From a virus, in the IMG/VR virus record IMGVR_UViG_3300042731_007874: a DNA stretch of 64,000 bases; one strand, 5' to 3'. Positions 30,510 through 39,740 of the stretch are shown here, one piece after another. A program made the translations under genes and the position numbers. Every line of letters begins with the position of its first letter. Position 1 is the stretch's first letter. The notes beneath the pieces were generated by a model. That model did not search any database. It was not told the DNA's origin and saw only the letters and a list, made by a program, of their open reading frames with translations.

Positions 30510-32832
30510 AGCTAATACTTCAAAAATCAACCATGGAACTTCTCTTCCTAGTTCTTATACTAGAGGAAATATCTATGGAAGAGATGGGGCTGCTACTGTT
30601 TATTTTAGAGATGCCTCTACTGGTGTTTGGAATGCTATTTCTGGCGGCGGTGGTGGCGGTGGCGGAGTGGGAATATTTGAAGAAGGTACTGGATCTGCTT
30701 CAGCTCAACGAATAGGCCAAAGCTTAGATGCTCTTGGAGATTCTTCTTTCTTAATGGGGTCTTCTTTAACTTGTACTACTTCTGCTGATTATAGTTTTTT
30801 ATTTGGTGCTAACAGTTCATTATCTTCTCCTTATTCTGCTGTATTTGGATATACTCATTCAGTAGCAGGTTATTCAAGTTATTCTGCTGTATTTGGATAT
30901 ACAAATACTATAGGCTCTTTTTCTTCTGGTAATGTTGTTGGTGGCAAAAGTAATACTATAGGAGGAACTGCAACTGCCAACAGTGTTTTTGGCGCAGAAA
31001 ATAATATTTCTAATAGCAGTTCCTATTCTTCAGTAGCTGGAAGAAGCAATAGTATTGGAACAGATTGTGATTATCTATTAGTTGCAGGCTATAGTCACAA
31101 TATTTCTTCCTCAACAAGTTATGCAATTACAGTAGGAAGAGATAATTCATTAGGATATTCTTCTACTGGATGTTCTTACTCATCAGTTTTTGGTAGAAAC
31201 AACCTATTATCAGACGCTGTTTATAGCACTGCTTTTGGTTATCTAAATGGTCTTTCTAACTGTAATTATTCATTTATATCAGGACAAAGTAATGCTCTTC
31301 AAGGAGATCACAATACGATTTTTGGTCAAACAGTTACTCTTTCTAAATACGGAAGTGTATATTCTACCTATAACTTTCTGGCGGGTCATAGTATTGCTGC
31401 GTTAGGAAGAATAACTTCTTGTGCGTGTTTTGGTACTAGTTATACGATTACCGGTATAAGTACTGGAACTTTTATTGCTGGAGACTCTCACTCTAATTTA
31501 TCTGCTGTAAATAGATGTGCAATTTTTGGTGGAGAAAATGCTGTTAATGGAGGAGGACATGTTGTTGGTGGCCAGAATAATACCTGTAGTTTTTCTAACT
31601 ACGATGCTGTTTTTGGAAGATTAAATATAGTTTCTAACTCCAGTTATTCTATGGTTACTGGTCAATCAAATTCTGTTGCTAATTCTGACTACACTGTTGT
31701 TTTTGGAGAATCAAACACACAGTCAAATGGCGGATATAGCATAATGACAGGAGCTTCTAATACTTTTTCTGATCTACTTTATTCTATGGTCATTGGTTAT
31801 AGTATTTCTGGTACATCAGAAACCAAATATAATATTATTTCTGGATACAACCATACTCTCTCTGCATTACAATATAGTTTGGTCGCTGGAAATGAACATA
31901 CTGTCTCTGGTTCCTATAATTGTATTGTCGGGACAGAGCAAGATATTACTGGTAACTACAATATAGTTAGTGGACTCTCTCAAGAAATAAGTGGTTCTTA
32001 TGGTGCTGTTTTCGGAACTGGACATGAAATAACAGGAACTGGACATATCATTAGCGGGAATAGCCATATAGTTGCAAATAGTAGTGATTATTCTGCTGTA
32101 TTTGGAGAAGATCATATTGACAATGGACCCGGATATAATCTTCTTGCTGGATACCAAAACCTTGTTAGTACTGGTTCTTATAACGCCTTAGTAGGAAAGA
32201 GTCATATAGTAAGCGGATCAGACATTCAATATTGTTTTGCGGCGGGATATAATCATACTCTTACAAATGACGGGGGTGTTGCTTTTGGATATAGGAATGT
32301 TGTCCAGGCAGATTATGCTCTCGCAATAGGAAGACGTTCTAGTGCAATTTGGCCTGGAACAATCTTTTCTTCTGGAGATGATATTGACGGAGCAGGATCT
32401 TCTCAAATCATGTATGGATGTCCTCTTGTTGGTCAAACAGTTGGAGATGTAGATTGTGTAATGATGTTTGATCTGGGAGACAGTAGTTCTCCTCTCTATT
32501 GCCCTGATGGCCAAACCCAAATGTATAAAGTGGTTCTATTTTGTGCGGATTCCGGAACTTCTGGACTAAAGGCTTTTGAGTTTACTATTTTTGTATGGAG
32601 AAATGATCCTGTTATAGGAATGGGGTTAGCATCTGGTGGAGGAGAATCTGGTATTACTCAAATCTACACAAATGGTTCTGGGATTTCTGTTATTCCATCG
32701 GTCTCCTCAAACTCAACTGATAAAACAGTAGAGATTAATGTTAACGGAGAGGCTGGGAAAACAATTAATTATATAGCTCATGTTTGGGCTGGTGGAACAA
32801 TTCCTACTGCATTTACTGCTGCTGGTAGTTAA
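30487..32832 (+). CDS. Ser/Gly/Asn-rich repeat fibre/adhesin (YadA-head-like beta-roll)
   Basis: Poly-Gly hinge followed by many 14-16 aa S-x-V/I-x-G-x-x-N/H-x-V/I units, ending in YALAIG; globular C-terminal domain. Confidence 0.7.
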   Translation: MSKSKIDRANTSKINHGTSLPSSYTRGNIYGRDGAATVYFRDASTGVWNAISGGGGGGGGVGIFEEGTGSASAQRIGQSLDALGDSSFLMGSSLTCTTSADYSFLFGANSSLSSPYSAVFGYTHSVAGYSSYSAVFGYTNTIGSFSSGNVVGGKSNTIGGTATANSVFGAENNISNSSSYSSVAGRSNSIGTDCDYLLVAGYSHNISSSTSYAITVGRDNSLGYSSTGCSYSSVFGRNNLLSDAVYSTAFGYLNGLSNCNYSFISGQSNALQGDHNTIFGQTVTLSKYGSVYSTYNFLAGHSIAALGRITSCACFGTSYTITGISTGTFIAGDSHSNLSAVNRCAIFGGENAVNGGGHVVGGQNNTCSFSNYDAVFGRLNIVSNSSYSMVTGQSNSVANSDYTVVFGESNTQSNGGYSIMTGASNTFSDLLYSMVIGYSISGTSETKYNIISGYNHTLSALQYSLVAGNEHTVSGSYNCIVGTEQDITGNYNIVSGLSQEISGSYGAVFGTGHEITGTGHIISGNSHIVANSSDYSAVFGEDHIDNGPGYNLLAGYQNLVSTGSYNALVGKSHIVSGSDIQYCFAAGYNHTLTNDGGVAFGYRNVVQADYALAIGRRSSAIWPGTIFSSGDDIDGAGSSQIMYGCPLVGQTVGDVDCVMMFDLGDSSSPLYCPDGQTQMYKVVLFCADSGTSGLKAFEFTIFVWRNDPVIGMGLASGGGESGITQIYTNGSGISVIPSVSSNSTDKTVEINVNGEAGKTINYIAHVWAGGTIPTAFTAAGS
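30739..32340 (+). repeat. Degenerate 14-16 aa coding repeat array
   Basis: Exact 24-nt repeat TTATTCTGCTGTATTTGGATATAC at 30831 and 30879 (48-nt period), partial copy near 32088; roughly 30-35 peptide units by eye. Confidence 0.8.
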
Positions 32833-33576
32833 ATGTTTCTTTCTAATCTTCCTGTCTTTTATATTAATTTAAAAAGATCTTTAGAGCGTCGTAATTATAT
32901 AGAAAAAGTATTTAAGAATAACGCCTTAAATAGAATAGAGGCTATAGATGGACTTCAGTTTTCTACTGGCGAGGTAGATAGTTATAACAGATACAAATGG
33001 AATCCTGTTATACTTAAAAAACTCATTCAAAAGAAAATACTAAATAACCCCCATAATAGATATTATAATCTTATGCCAACAGAATTAGGATGTAATCTTT
33101 CCCACTTAAAAGCAATAAAAACATTTCTTTTAACTAAAGAAGAATATGCAATTATAATAGAAGATGACGTAGAGCCGGTAGGGGATCTTTTCTCTATTCA
33201 AATACCAGATGATGCTGATTTCTTTTATCTTGTTGGACCAGAACACCCTGGAAACAGAATTCAACTATACTCGGATAATCAAGTTAAGTGGGCTAGGACT
33301 TTAATGGGCTATATTCTTTCACGTAAAGCCGGAGAATCGATTCTAAAGGCCCTTAAGACCCATTACTATCAGACAGACTGGCAAATACCCTTCAGGCTAT
33401 TTCAGAGCTTCTCAGGTATCTTAAAATCAAAGTTGCCTCCTGAGTGGGAAGAACTAGAAAGATTTAAGGCTTATGGTCCTGATAAAAGTTTAATTATTCA
33501 TTCTGAATATGCTAAAATTAGTACATTCACGGCGTCTGGTGATAAATGCTGGATTCCAGAAGGAGATAGAATCTAA
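32833..33576 (+). CDS. Glycosyltransferase family 25
   Basis: FYINLKRSLERR, RIEAIDG, ELGCNLSH.KA and IIEDD are the GT25 (LgtB/Lex2B-type) motifs; ATG immediately follows the fibre stop codon. Confidence 0.85.
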   Translation: MFLSNLPVFYINLKRSLERRNYIEKVFKNNALNRIEAIDGLQFSTGEVDSYNRYKWNPVILKKLIQKKILNNPHNRYYNLMPTELGCNLSHLKAIKTFLLTKEEYAIIIEDDVEPVGDLFSIQIPDDADFFYLVGPEHPGNRIQLYSDNQVKWARTLMGYILSRKAGESILKALKTHYYQTDWQIPFRLFQSFSGILKSKLPPEWEELERFKAYGPDKSLIIHSEYAKISTFTASGDKCWIPEGDRI

Positions 33577-33758
33577 TGAGTATAGAACAAATTAGAATTT
33601 TTCCTAATGCTAACAAAATGACCGTTATCTACAAAACCCAAGATCAAGGAACTAAAATTCTTGTAATTAATGGGAAAGATTACGAGGATGTTAAAAAAGC
33701 TATTTCTGGTAAAGGCAGATTAATGCCTTTTGTTAAGAATTTAATTAAGGAGGATTAG
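33576..33758 (+). CDS. Hypothetical protein
   Basis: 60 aa, TAATG-coupled to GT25; ends in the SD for the next gene. Confidence 0.5.
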   Translation: MSIEQIRIFPNANKMTVIYKTQDQGTKILVINGKDYEDVKKAISGKGRLMPFVKNLIKED

Positions 33759-33764
33759 TTTACA

Positions 33765-34139
33765 GTGGTTAAGTTTATAGGATTTCGTCCTAAAAGACGA
33801 TTAAAAAAGATACCTAAAGTAAAATACAGAGATAATAGAATCAGCAAGGAAGAGCAAGAACAACCAGCAAAAGTTGTTGTTATTCAAGAAGACGAAGAGG
33901 AAGAAGATGCAGTTCGAGTAGTCTCGCCCATTTATGCCCCATCTATTGATGCTCTTGAAAAAGAAGAAACGGCTGAAGAAGAAGAAGAAACAAAAGAACC
34001 TGAAACTAAAGAAAAAGTTATTATTAAAGAAGAAAAGCCAAAGAAAAGAAAATATACGCGGCGGAAAAAGAAAACAAAAGCTACTGAAGTTTCTGAGCCA
34101 AAGCCTTCAATTCTGCCACTTGAGTTGTCAGAGTTGTAA
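33765..34139 (+). CDS. Low-complexity charged protein (basic-acidic-basic)
   Basis: GTG start after AGGAGG; Glu tracts and KPKKRKYTRRKKK; last gene of the + block. Confidence 0.55.
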   Translation: MVKFIGFRPKRRLKKIPKVKYRDNRISKEEQEQPAKVVVIQEDEEEEDAVRVVSPIYAPSIDALEKEETAEEEEETKEPETKEKVIIKEEKPKKRKYTRRKKKTKATEVSEPKPSILPLELSEL

Positions 34140-34293
34140 TTAAATCTTCAATTTTACTATTCTCTTTATTTGCTAATGTTAGAAGTCTGTTTAGCATATT
34201 TTTGCTAGCAGCCCCTGCCAAAAGATTTGCAAGGTTTTCTACTTGATCTTCAATATTTGAAAGTTTTAGTTCTTCTTGATACGTTAATGACAT
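34081..34293 (-). CDS. Small coiled-coil protein
   Basis: SD GAGG, heptad pattern; coupled to the aminotransferase gene; its 3' end overlaps the last + strand gene. Confidence 0.55.
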   Translation of the reverse strand: MSLTYQEELKLSNIEDQVENLANLLAGAASKNMLNRLLTLANKENSKIEDLITTLTTQVAELKALAQKLQ

Positions 34294-35369
34294 ATTAATT
34301 CCTCATTCTGAATTATACTACAAATTCTTGTGATGTCTTTATTAGAAAGATCTAATCCACACGGTAGGTTAAGAATTCTTTTTGAAAAAAGTAATGTATT
34401 CCTCATGTTACTAGCTTTTTCAAAGTTTCGAAAAGGTTTCTGTAAATGATTAGGATACCATAATGGCCTTGTTTGAATATTTTTCTTTTTTAAAGTATTG
34501 AAAAGTTGATCTCTATTGTTTTTGCAATCATAACCAACCAACCAACAATTACTTCCTTCTAGATGTATAATCTTTTTCCCAAGAAACGATTTATATTTTT
34601 CTGTAATCTTTTGTTTCTTTTTGATAATTTTTGATAGTCTTTTAATTTGACTATAACCTAATGCAGCTTGCAAATTTGTTAATCCAAGGTTATAACCAAC
34701 TTCATTGTGAATATAATTTATTGGATCGTCTTTCGATTGAGTAATCCAATAACGGATTTTCTCTCCTAGTTCTATATTATTTGTAACAATAGCTCCTCCA
34801 TTACCAGAAGTAATTATTTTATTAAAGCTAAAAGAAAAAACACCAATATCACCTATGCCTCCACAAGGTGTTCCGTTATAAAAAGACCCTAGTGCTTCAC
34901 ACGAGTCTTCTATAATAAATAATTTATATTGTTTTGCAATTTCTTTTATTTTTGTCATTTCACAAGGATTCCCAAAAATGTGAACTGGAATAATTGCTTT
35001 TATCTTATGTGTGTTTTTTGTTTTTAAATAATTATTAACTTTTTCTGGATCTATGTTTAAATCTTTTCCACAATCGACAAAGATCGGTTCTGCCCCAGCA
35101 TGTAGAATTGAATTGATAGTGGCAACAAAAGTAATAGAAGGAACAAGCACTTTGTCTCCAGGGCCTATCCCAAGTGACTTAAGCGCCATAAATAAAGCAG
35201 AAGTACCATTTGCTAAAAGAGTTGCTTTTTTCGTTTTGGTAACTTTTTGTAGTTCTTTCTCTAGTTTTTCTACATAGGGACCTGTAGTATTTAGCCATCC
35301 AGACTCAATAGCTTTTAGTACTTGTTTTTTGTCTGTATCTGTAATTTGAGGACTAATAAGACTTACCAT
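34284..35369 (-). CDS. DegT/DnrJ/EryC1/StrS PLP-dependent sugar aminotransferase (Per/LegC-like)
   Basis: NGTSAL, PSITFVAT, IPVHIFG, IEDSCEALG, FSFSFNKIITSGNGG (PLP lysine), GYN..LTNLQAALG. Confidence 0.92.
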   Translation of the reverse strand: MVSLISPQITDTDKKQVLKAIESGWLNTTGPYVEKLEKELQKVTKTKKATLLANGTSALFMALKSLGIGPGDKVLVPSITFVATINSILHAGAEPIFVDCGKDLNIDPEKVNNYLKTKNTHKIKAIIPVHIFGNPCEMTKIKEIAKQYKLFIIEDSCEALGSFYNGTPCGGIGDIGVFSFSFNKIITSGNGGAIVTNNIELGEKIRYWITQSKDDPINYIHNEVGYNLGLTNLQAALGYSQIKRLSKIIKKKQKITEKYKSFLGKKIIHLEGSNCWLVGYDCKNNRDQLFNTLKKKNIQTRPLWYPNHLQKPFRNFEKASNMRNTLLFSKRILNLPCGLDLSNKDITRICSIIQNEELICH

Positions 35370-36109
35370 GATATCCTATATCTTTCAGATAAAACTCTCA
35401 TTGAATTATTATAATGTTCTGACAATGTTTTTTTAATAATTTTAGGCAGAGCAGGTTTGTTTGTTGATCTTAAATGAGAAGGGGTTATTTCGAAATCTTT
35501 TACGTTTAAAAAATTAAACACTTTAGATATTTTTTCTTGAGGATTGCTAAATAAATCTTCAGCTTTAAGAATAAAAATATTTTTTTCAGGGAAAAAATTA
35601 GCAAGAAAATCAATAGAGAGAAAATAATGGCCTCGTAATAAAAGATGAGAGTCTTCTCCTAAAAATGAAGAGGAAGAAGAAAAGAGATAATCAAAAAGAT
35701 TATTATTATACTTTTGTTTGAACTTTTTATCAATACTGCATAAATGATAAAAGTGAGAAATTAATCTATCAATAGGGTTTCTAATGCTGACTATTATTTT
35801 TATTTCAGGAAAATGGTTTTTGATCCGTCTAATAGAAGAACGGTTAAACAAATAAGTAGGAGAAGCTTCTCCTGTAATCTCTCCAATCTTACAAAATGGA
35901 AAACAATCTCTATACCAGTTAATTCCATTTTCATAATACTTGTCAAAGAATCTTAATTCTTTTTTCCCTAGAAGTTGGTTGTCGTTTGTTTTTGTTTTTT
36001 CTCCATTCCCCAAGGACTTAAGAATCTTAGGATGCTGTGTAAGCATATCGTAAAGAGAAGTTGTTCCACACTTACATTCTCCTACAATTATAAAAGATGG
36101 GTTATTCAT
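35363..36109 (-). CDS. PAPS-dependent sulfotransferase
   Basis: 5'-PSB KCGTTSL, KELRFFD, GEASPTY, 3'-PB RNPIDRLIS. Confidence 0.9.
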   Translation of the reverse strand: MNNPSFIIVGECKCGTTSLYDMLTQHPKILKSLGNGEKTKTNDNQLLGKKELRFFDKYYENGINWYRDCFPFCKIGEITGEASPTYLFNRSSIRRIKNHFPEIKIIVSIRNPIDRLISHFYHLCSIDKKFKQKYNNNLFDYLFSSSSSFLGEDSHLLLRGHYFLSIDFLANFFPEKNIFILKAEDLFSNPQEKISKVFNFLNVKDFEITPSHLRSTNKPALPKIIKKTLSEHYNNSMRVLSERYRISW

Positions 36110-36761
36110 TTAAAAGTATCTCCAGTTTGTTTTTTAATAAAGGGGTTGTAATTGTAGTTGGAAGATGCCAACCATATCCAAGGTTTTTATATTCTTTTTT
36201 TATTTGATTAGTACTTGGTTCAAGTAATTCTTCATTCATAGTAATAAACTTATAATTCTTTTTTATTGCTTTATCAAGAAGAATTACTTGAAAAGACAAA
36301 ACCAAAAGAGTTCTTTCTTGTAAACTTGCCGTTATTGAAGCTCTCAGCTTTCTTGCTGTTTCGATAAATTTAACTTTTTTAAAAGATCTTCTTTTATAGT
36401 TGTTGTAATCTTTAACTAAAGGAATAATTGGAGAAGAGAGAATTATTTTTTTGTCATTAAAGTTTTTTGCTAGTTTTAAGATTCCGCTAACTGCATAGTT
36501 TATCTCTTCTTCCAAAGAAGTTTTGAATTTTTCTTTTCTTTTCCAAATTGTATAGGCACAATCAACTTCTCCAAAGTTTAAGAGAATAATATCAGGTTCT
36601 TCGCTAACTTTCTGAATAAATAGATCTTGGTTTCGTTGTTTATTTAGTCCTTGTGCTGTTTTTCCTGGGATTCCAACAACTTTACAGATTTTAAATTTGT
36701 CAGAAGATATTTTTTTCCAGTTGTTTGTATAGGAATCTCCTAGGCAAATAACATTAACCAT
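36102..36761 (-). CDS. SGNH/GDSL-like hydrolase or O-acyltransferase
   Basis: Block I CLGDSY, block III NFGEVD, C-terminal His (GWHL). Confidence 0.7.
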   Translation of the reverse strand: MVNVICLGDSYTNNWKKISSDKFKICKVVGIPGKTAQGLNKQRNQDLFIQKVSEEPDIILLNFGEVDCAYTIWKRKEKFKTSLEEEINYAVSGILKLAKNFNDKKIILSSPIIPLVKDYNNYKRRSFKKVKFIETARKLRASITASLQERTLLVLSFQVILLDKAIKKNYKFITMNEELLEPSTNQIKKEYKNLGYGWHLPTTITTPLLKNKLEILLNE

Positions 36762-37617
36762 TGTATTTATTTTTTAGAATATCAATTGCTTGTTCAAAAC
36801 ATTCTTCTGAAGAATAATCTGTTGCGTTAATAGCGTGACAGTCGGAATGCCATCGTTTAGTAAACATCTTATTTTTTGGCATATTTATAGTAGTTTGTCT
36901 TCTCATAAAAGAAATTGAAGGAATTTTTCCTTCCCAAGAAGCGCACAAAAAAGCAGACCAACAACCTAAAAAACATTCAGAATCTAAGACTAATTGAGTT
37001 GCAAGCCTAGTGCTTGTTTTATTTACTAAATTAAAAAGTCCCTTTTTTTGATAATTAAATATTTCAGTTTTGTTTATAGCTGGAACGGAAGCCATTCTAT
37101 TATTTCTCAAATAAGAACTTCCAACAACTACAACATTATATTTTGTTTTTGTTATGATTTGATCTATGAGTTTTTTATAGTCTTCAGTAGGAACTACAGC
37201 TCTCCAGGGTTCTCCCGCAAACGGATGAATAAAAACATAAGGATTGTTTTTTATTTTTTTATGTAGTTGTTTTTCTTCTTTCGAAAGATAAACTTTGTTC
37301 TTGTCTCTTTTATTTATATTTGCCTTTAATTTGTCTTTTTCTTCTTCTTCTATAAACTGCCATCTATTGCGTATTGAAATTGTTCTATAGTCAGGTGTTT
37401 TGTTTTTCCATTTAATATAATGAGAAGTTAAAAAAGGAACATATTTAAAAAACTCTATCGCATTGTCATTGTGAGAAGAAAGAAGAAGATGTACTTTGTT
37501 ATTCAAAGAAAGCTTTTTGAATAAACAAGCCCATCCTCCAATCTGCAACCATTCTCGAAGAATATCTCCAAGATCATATTGTAAGTTATGGTTAAACGGA
37601 ATTGCTATTGACTTCAT
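36754..37617 (-). CDS. GT-B glycosyltransferase, GT9-like (paralog A)
   Basis: LGD near the N-terminus, YVFIHPFAG, NLVNKTSTR, FLGCWSA; paralogous to 39741-40598. Confidence 0.7.
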   Translation of the reverse strand: MKSIAIPFNHNLQYDLGDILREWLQIGGWACLFKKLSLNNKVHLLLSSHNDNAIEFFKYVPFLTSHYIKWKNKTPDYRTISIRNRWQFIEEEEKDKLKANINKRDKNKVYLSKEEKQLHKKIKNNPYVFIHPFAGEPWRAVVPTEDYKKLIDQIITKTKYNVVVVGSSYLRNNRMASVPAINKTEIFNYQKKGLFNLVNKTSTRLATQLVLDSECFLGCWSAFLCASWEGKIPSISFMRRQTTINMPKNKMFTKRWHSDCHAINATDYSSEECFEQAIDILKNKYNG

Positions 37618-37643
37618 CTAAAAATTATAACATTTTTTAGATG

Positions 37644-37853
37644 TCACAAAGAAAAAACTTCATCAATAGCCTTTGTGATTTCTACTCTTCTTTTATTAAG
37701 AGAGACAACCTGTTCTCCTAATTTTCCAACTTCTTCTAGGTTTTCTTTTTCATAATTGTCTTTTAATTCATTTATTTTTTCTTCAAGATGCCAAATTTTC
37801 AAATGTATTACAACAAGCTTGTCGATCATTTCACCAATACTATAGTTCAACAT
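37644..37853 (-). CDS. Small helical protein, DUF4254/DUF6165-like
   Basis: SIGEMIDKL..IHLKIWHLEE...LNKRR.EI..AID pattern. Confidence 0.5.
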   Translation of the reverse strand: MLNYSIGEMIDKLVVIHLKIWHLEEKINELKDNYEKENLEEVGKLGEQVVSLNKRRVEITKAIDEVFSL

Positions 37854-38080
37854 TAAAACACCTTTGTTTCATTAGTTCCAGAATTAAAGAATTTATCTAT
37901 TTCAAATCTGACCAATGAACGTTTATTGTTATATTCCCTTATCTTTAAGAAGATTTTTCCTTTGTCTTCTAAAGAAAGCCCCAATCTTGAAAAATTGTCT
38001 GTTGTTTTTATTTTGGTAGCTTCATGCCAAATTATAATATTTAAGCTTATTATTCCTTCTATTTTTTTTGAAATTTTCAT
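37853..38080 (-). CDS. Small helical protein, DUF4254-like (paralog of neighbour)
   Basis: Start set at the ATG in an ATGA overlap (38080); LNIIIWHE...YNNKRS..RFEIDKFF pattern. Confidence 0.5.
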   Translation of the reverse strand: MKISKKIEGIISLNIIIWHEATKIKTTDNFSRLGLSLEDKGKIFLKIREYNNKRSLVRFEIDKFFNSGTNETKVF

Positions 38081-38712
38081 TTGTGTTCTAGAACAAAACA
38101 AATATTACCTCTATGGCCTTCTGTTTCTCGACGAGATACTTCTTTCCATCGATCAAGATGAATTGGTTTTGTAAGAATATAAAACTTTTCATCAACAAGA
38201 TTATACCCTTTATACAAATCTTGAATCATATTGTAATTATATTTAAGAAGAAAATTTAGTTCTGTTGTTTGTTTTACAACAGAATAAGGAAGAGTACAGA
38301 TCATTCTTCCAGTTTTTTTTACAAAAGACATGCAGTGACGAAACGTTTTTAATTGTTCTTTTATAGGAGAATAACTCTTTTCTTGTTTATAAGAACCTAA
38401 ACCAATATGTTCTAAAACTGATACTAAAAGGACATTAGTAAACGTTCCTAGTTCTTTAGAAGTTTTTTTTCGAATGTCTTCTTTAATACAGGTTGCCAGG
38501 GGATTGTTTTTACCATTATTGAAATTTGCTCCTATTGGATCTATTAAGGTAAAAGGATATCCTCTACGAACAAAAAACCATTTAAATAAACTTAAGTTTG
38601 CTCCTATTTCTAAAGAGTTGCCTTCTTTGATGTTGTTTACAACAAAAGGGATCTCAAAACATCTAGGTCCTTGAAGATAAGATTCGCTATAATATTGCCA
38701 ATAGTTATTCAT
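38077..38712 (-). CDS. Class I SAM-dependent methyltransferase (DUF268-like)
   Basis: SLEIGA motif I, FTLIDP motif II, VSVLEHIGLGSY motif; located in the sugar cluster. Confidence 0.7.
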   Translation of the reverse strand: MNNYWQYYSESYLQGPRCFEIPFVVNNIKEGNSLEIGANLSLFKWFFVRRGYPFTLIDPIGANFNNGKNNPLATCIKEDIRKKTSKELGTFTNVLLVSVLEHIGLGSYKQEKSYSPIKEQLKTFRHCMSFVKKTGRMICTLPYSVVKQTTELNFLLKYNYNMIQDLYKGYNLVDEKFYILTKPIHLDRWKEVSRRETEGHRGNICFVLEHK

Positions 38713-39733
38713 GAAGTCTTTCTATATCATAATGAACCATTTTTTGAACAATATCTTTAAATTTTGTTGTTGATTCCCACCCAAGAATATTTTTTGCTTT
38801 AGAGGCGTCTCCCAATAAAGTTTCTACCTCTGTTAATCTAAAATATTTTGGATCTACTTCTACTCTTATAATGCCATCTCTATCATAACCTTTTCTTTCT
38901 ATTCCTTTTCCTTTAAATTTCAACGGTATGCCTGCAGCCTCAAAAGCAGCTTTGCAAAATTCTTCAACTGAATGGTTTTCTCCAGAAGCAATAACAAAAT
39001 CATCAGGATCTTTATGAGTTATTATTTTTATAATTGCATCACAATATTCAGGAGCATAACCCCAGTCTCGTTTAGCAGAAAGATTACCAAGAAGAACTTT
39101 TTCCTGTTTCCCTTTTGAAATATTAGCAACTGCAGTTGTTATCTTTTTGGTAACAAAGTTTTCTCCTCTTCGGGGAGATTCTGTATTGAACATAATAATA
39201 TTAGAAGCAAATAAGCCATATGCTTCGCGATAGTTTTTCGTAATCCAATATCCAAATACTTTAGCTGCGGCATACGGACTTCTAGGATTAAAGGGAGTTG
39301 TCTCTTTTTGAGGAACTTCTTGTACTTTTCCAAACATCTCACTTGTTGAAGCTTGAAGAAATTTTGAAGACGGACAAATCTCTCTTATTGCGTCTAACAA
39401 ACGAAGAACTCCTATTGCATCCACTTGAGCACTATATTCAGGAACATCAAAAGAAATTTTGACATGAGATTGGGCAGCTAAATTAACAACATAAGAAGGG
39501 TTGGTTTTTTCTATTAGCCTAGAAATATTCGAACCATCTGTTAGGTCTCCATAGTGTAAGAAAAGAATCTTATTGTAAATGTTTTTGTTCGAGGTTAAAT
39601 GATCAATGCGATCTCTTGTATAGAGACTAGTTCTTCTAACAAGGCCATGTACCTCATATCCTTTTGCTAAGAATTTTTCTGCTAGATACGATCCGACTTG
39701 ACCAGTAATTCCAGTAATTAAAACTCTTTCCAT
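38705..39733 (-). CDS. gmd: GDP-mannose 4,6-dehydratase
   Basis: LITGITGQ.GSYLAE, LHYGDLTD, NLAAQSHV..SF..PEY, QASTSEMFG, PRSPYAAAK, FVTKKIT, LGNL.AKRDWG, LLGDASKA. Confidence 0.95.
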   Translation of the reverse strand: MERVLITGITGQVGSYLAEKFLAKGYEVHGLVRRTSLYTRDRIDHLTSNKNIYNKILFLHYGDLTDGSNISRLIEKTNPSYVVNLAAQSHVKISFDVPEYSAQVDAIGVLRLLDAIREICPSSKFLQASTSEMFGKVQEVPQKETTPFNPRSPYAAAKVFGYWITKNYREAYGLFASNIIMFNTESPRRGENFVTKKITTAVANISKGKQEKVLLGNLSAKRDWGYAPEYCDAIIKIITHKDPDDFVIASGENHSVEEFCKAAFEAAGIPLKFKGKGIERKGYDRDGIIRVEVDPKYFRLTEVETLLGDASKAKNILGWESTTKFKDIVQKMVHYDIERLHE

Positions 39734-39740
39734 TTTTCTC

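Noticed and set aside
34081-34145. Rho-independent terminator at the strand switch
   Set aside because: No GC-rich stem followed by a U-tract is visible on either strand.
39528-39536. tRNA T-loop-like TTCGAACC
   Set aside because: It lies inside gmd coding sequence with no cloverleaf; no tRNA or rRNA was recognised anywhere in the window.
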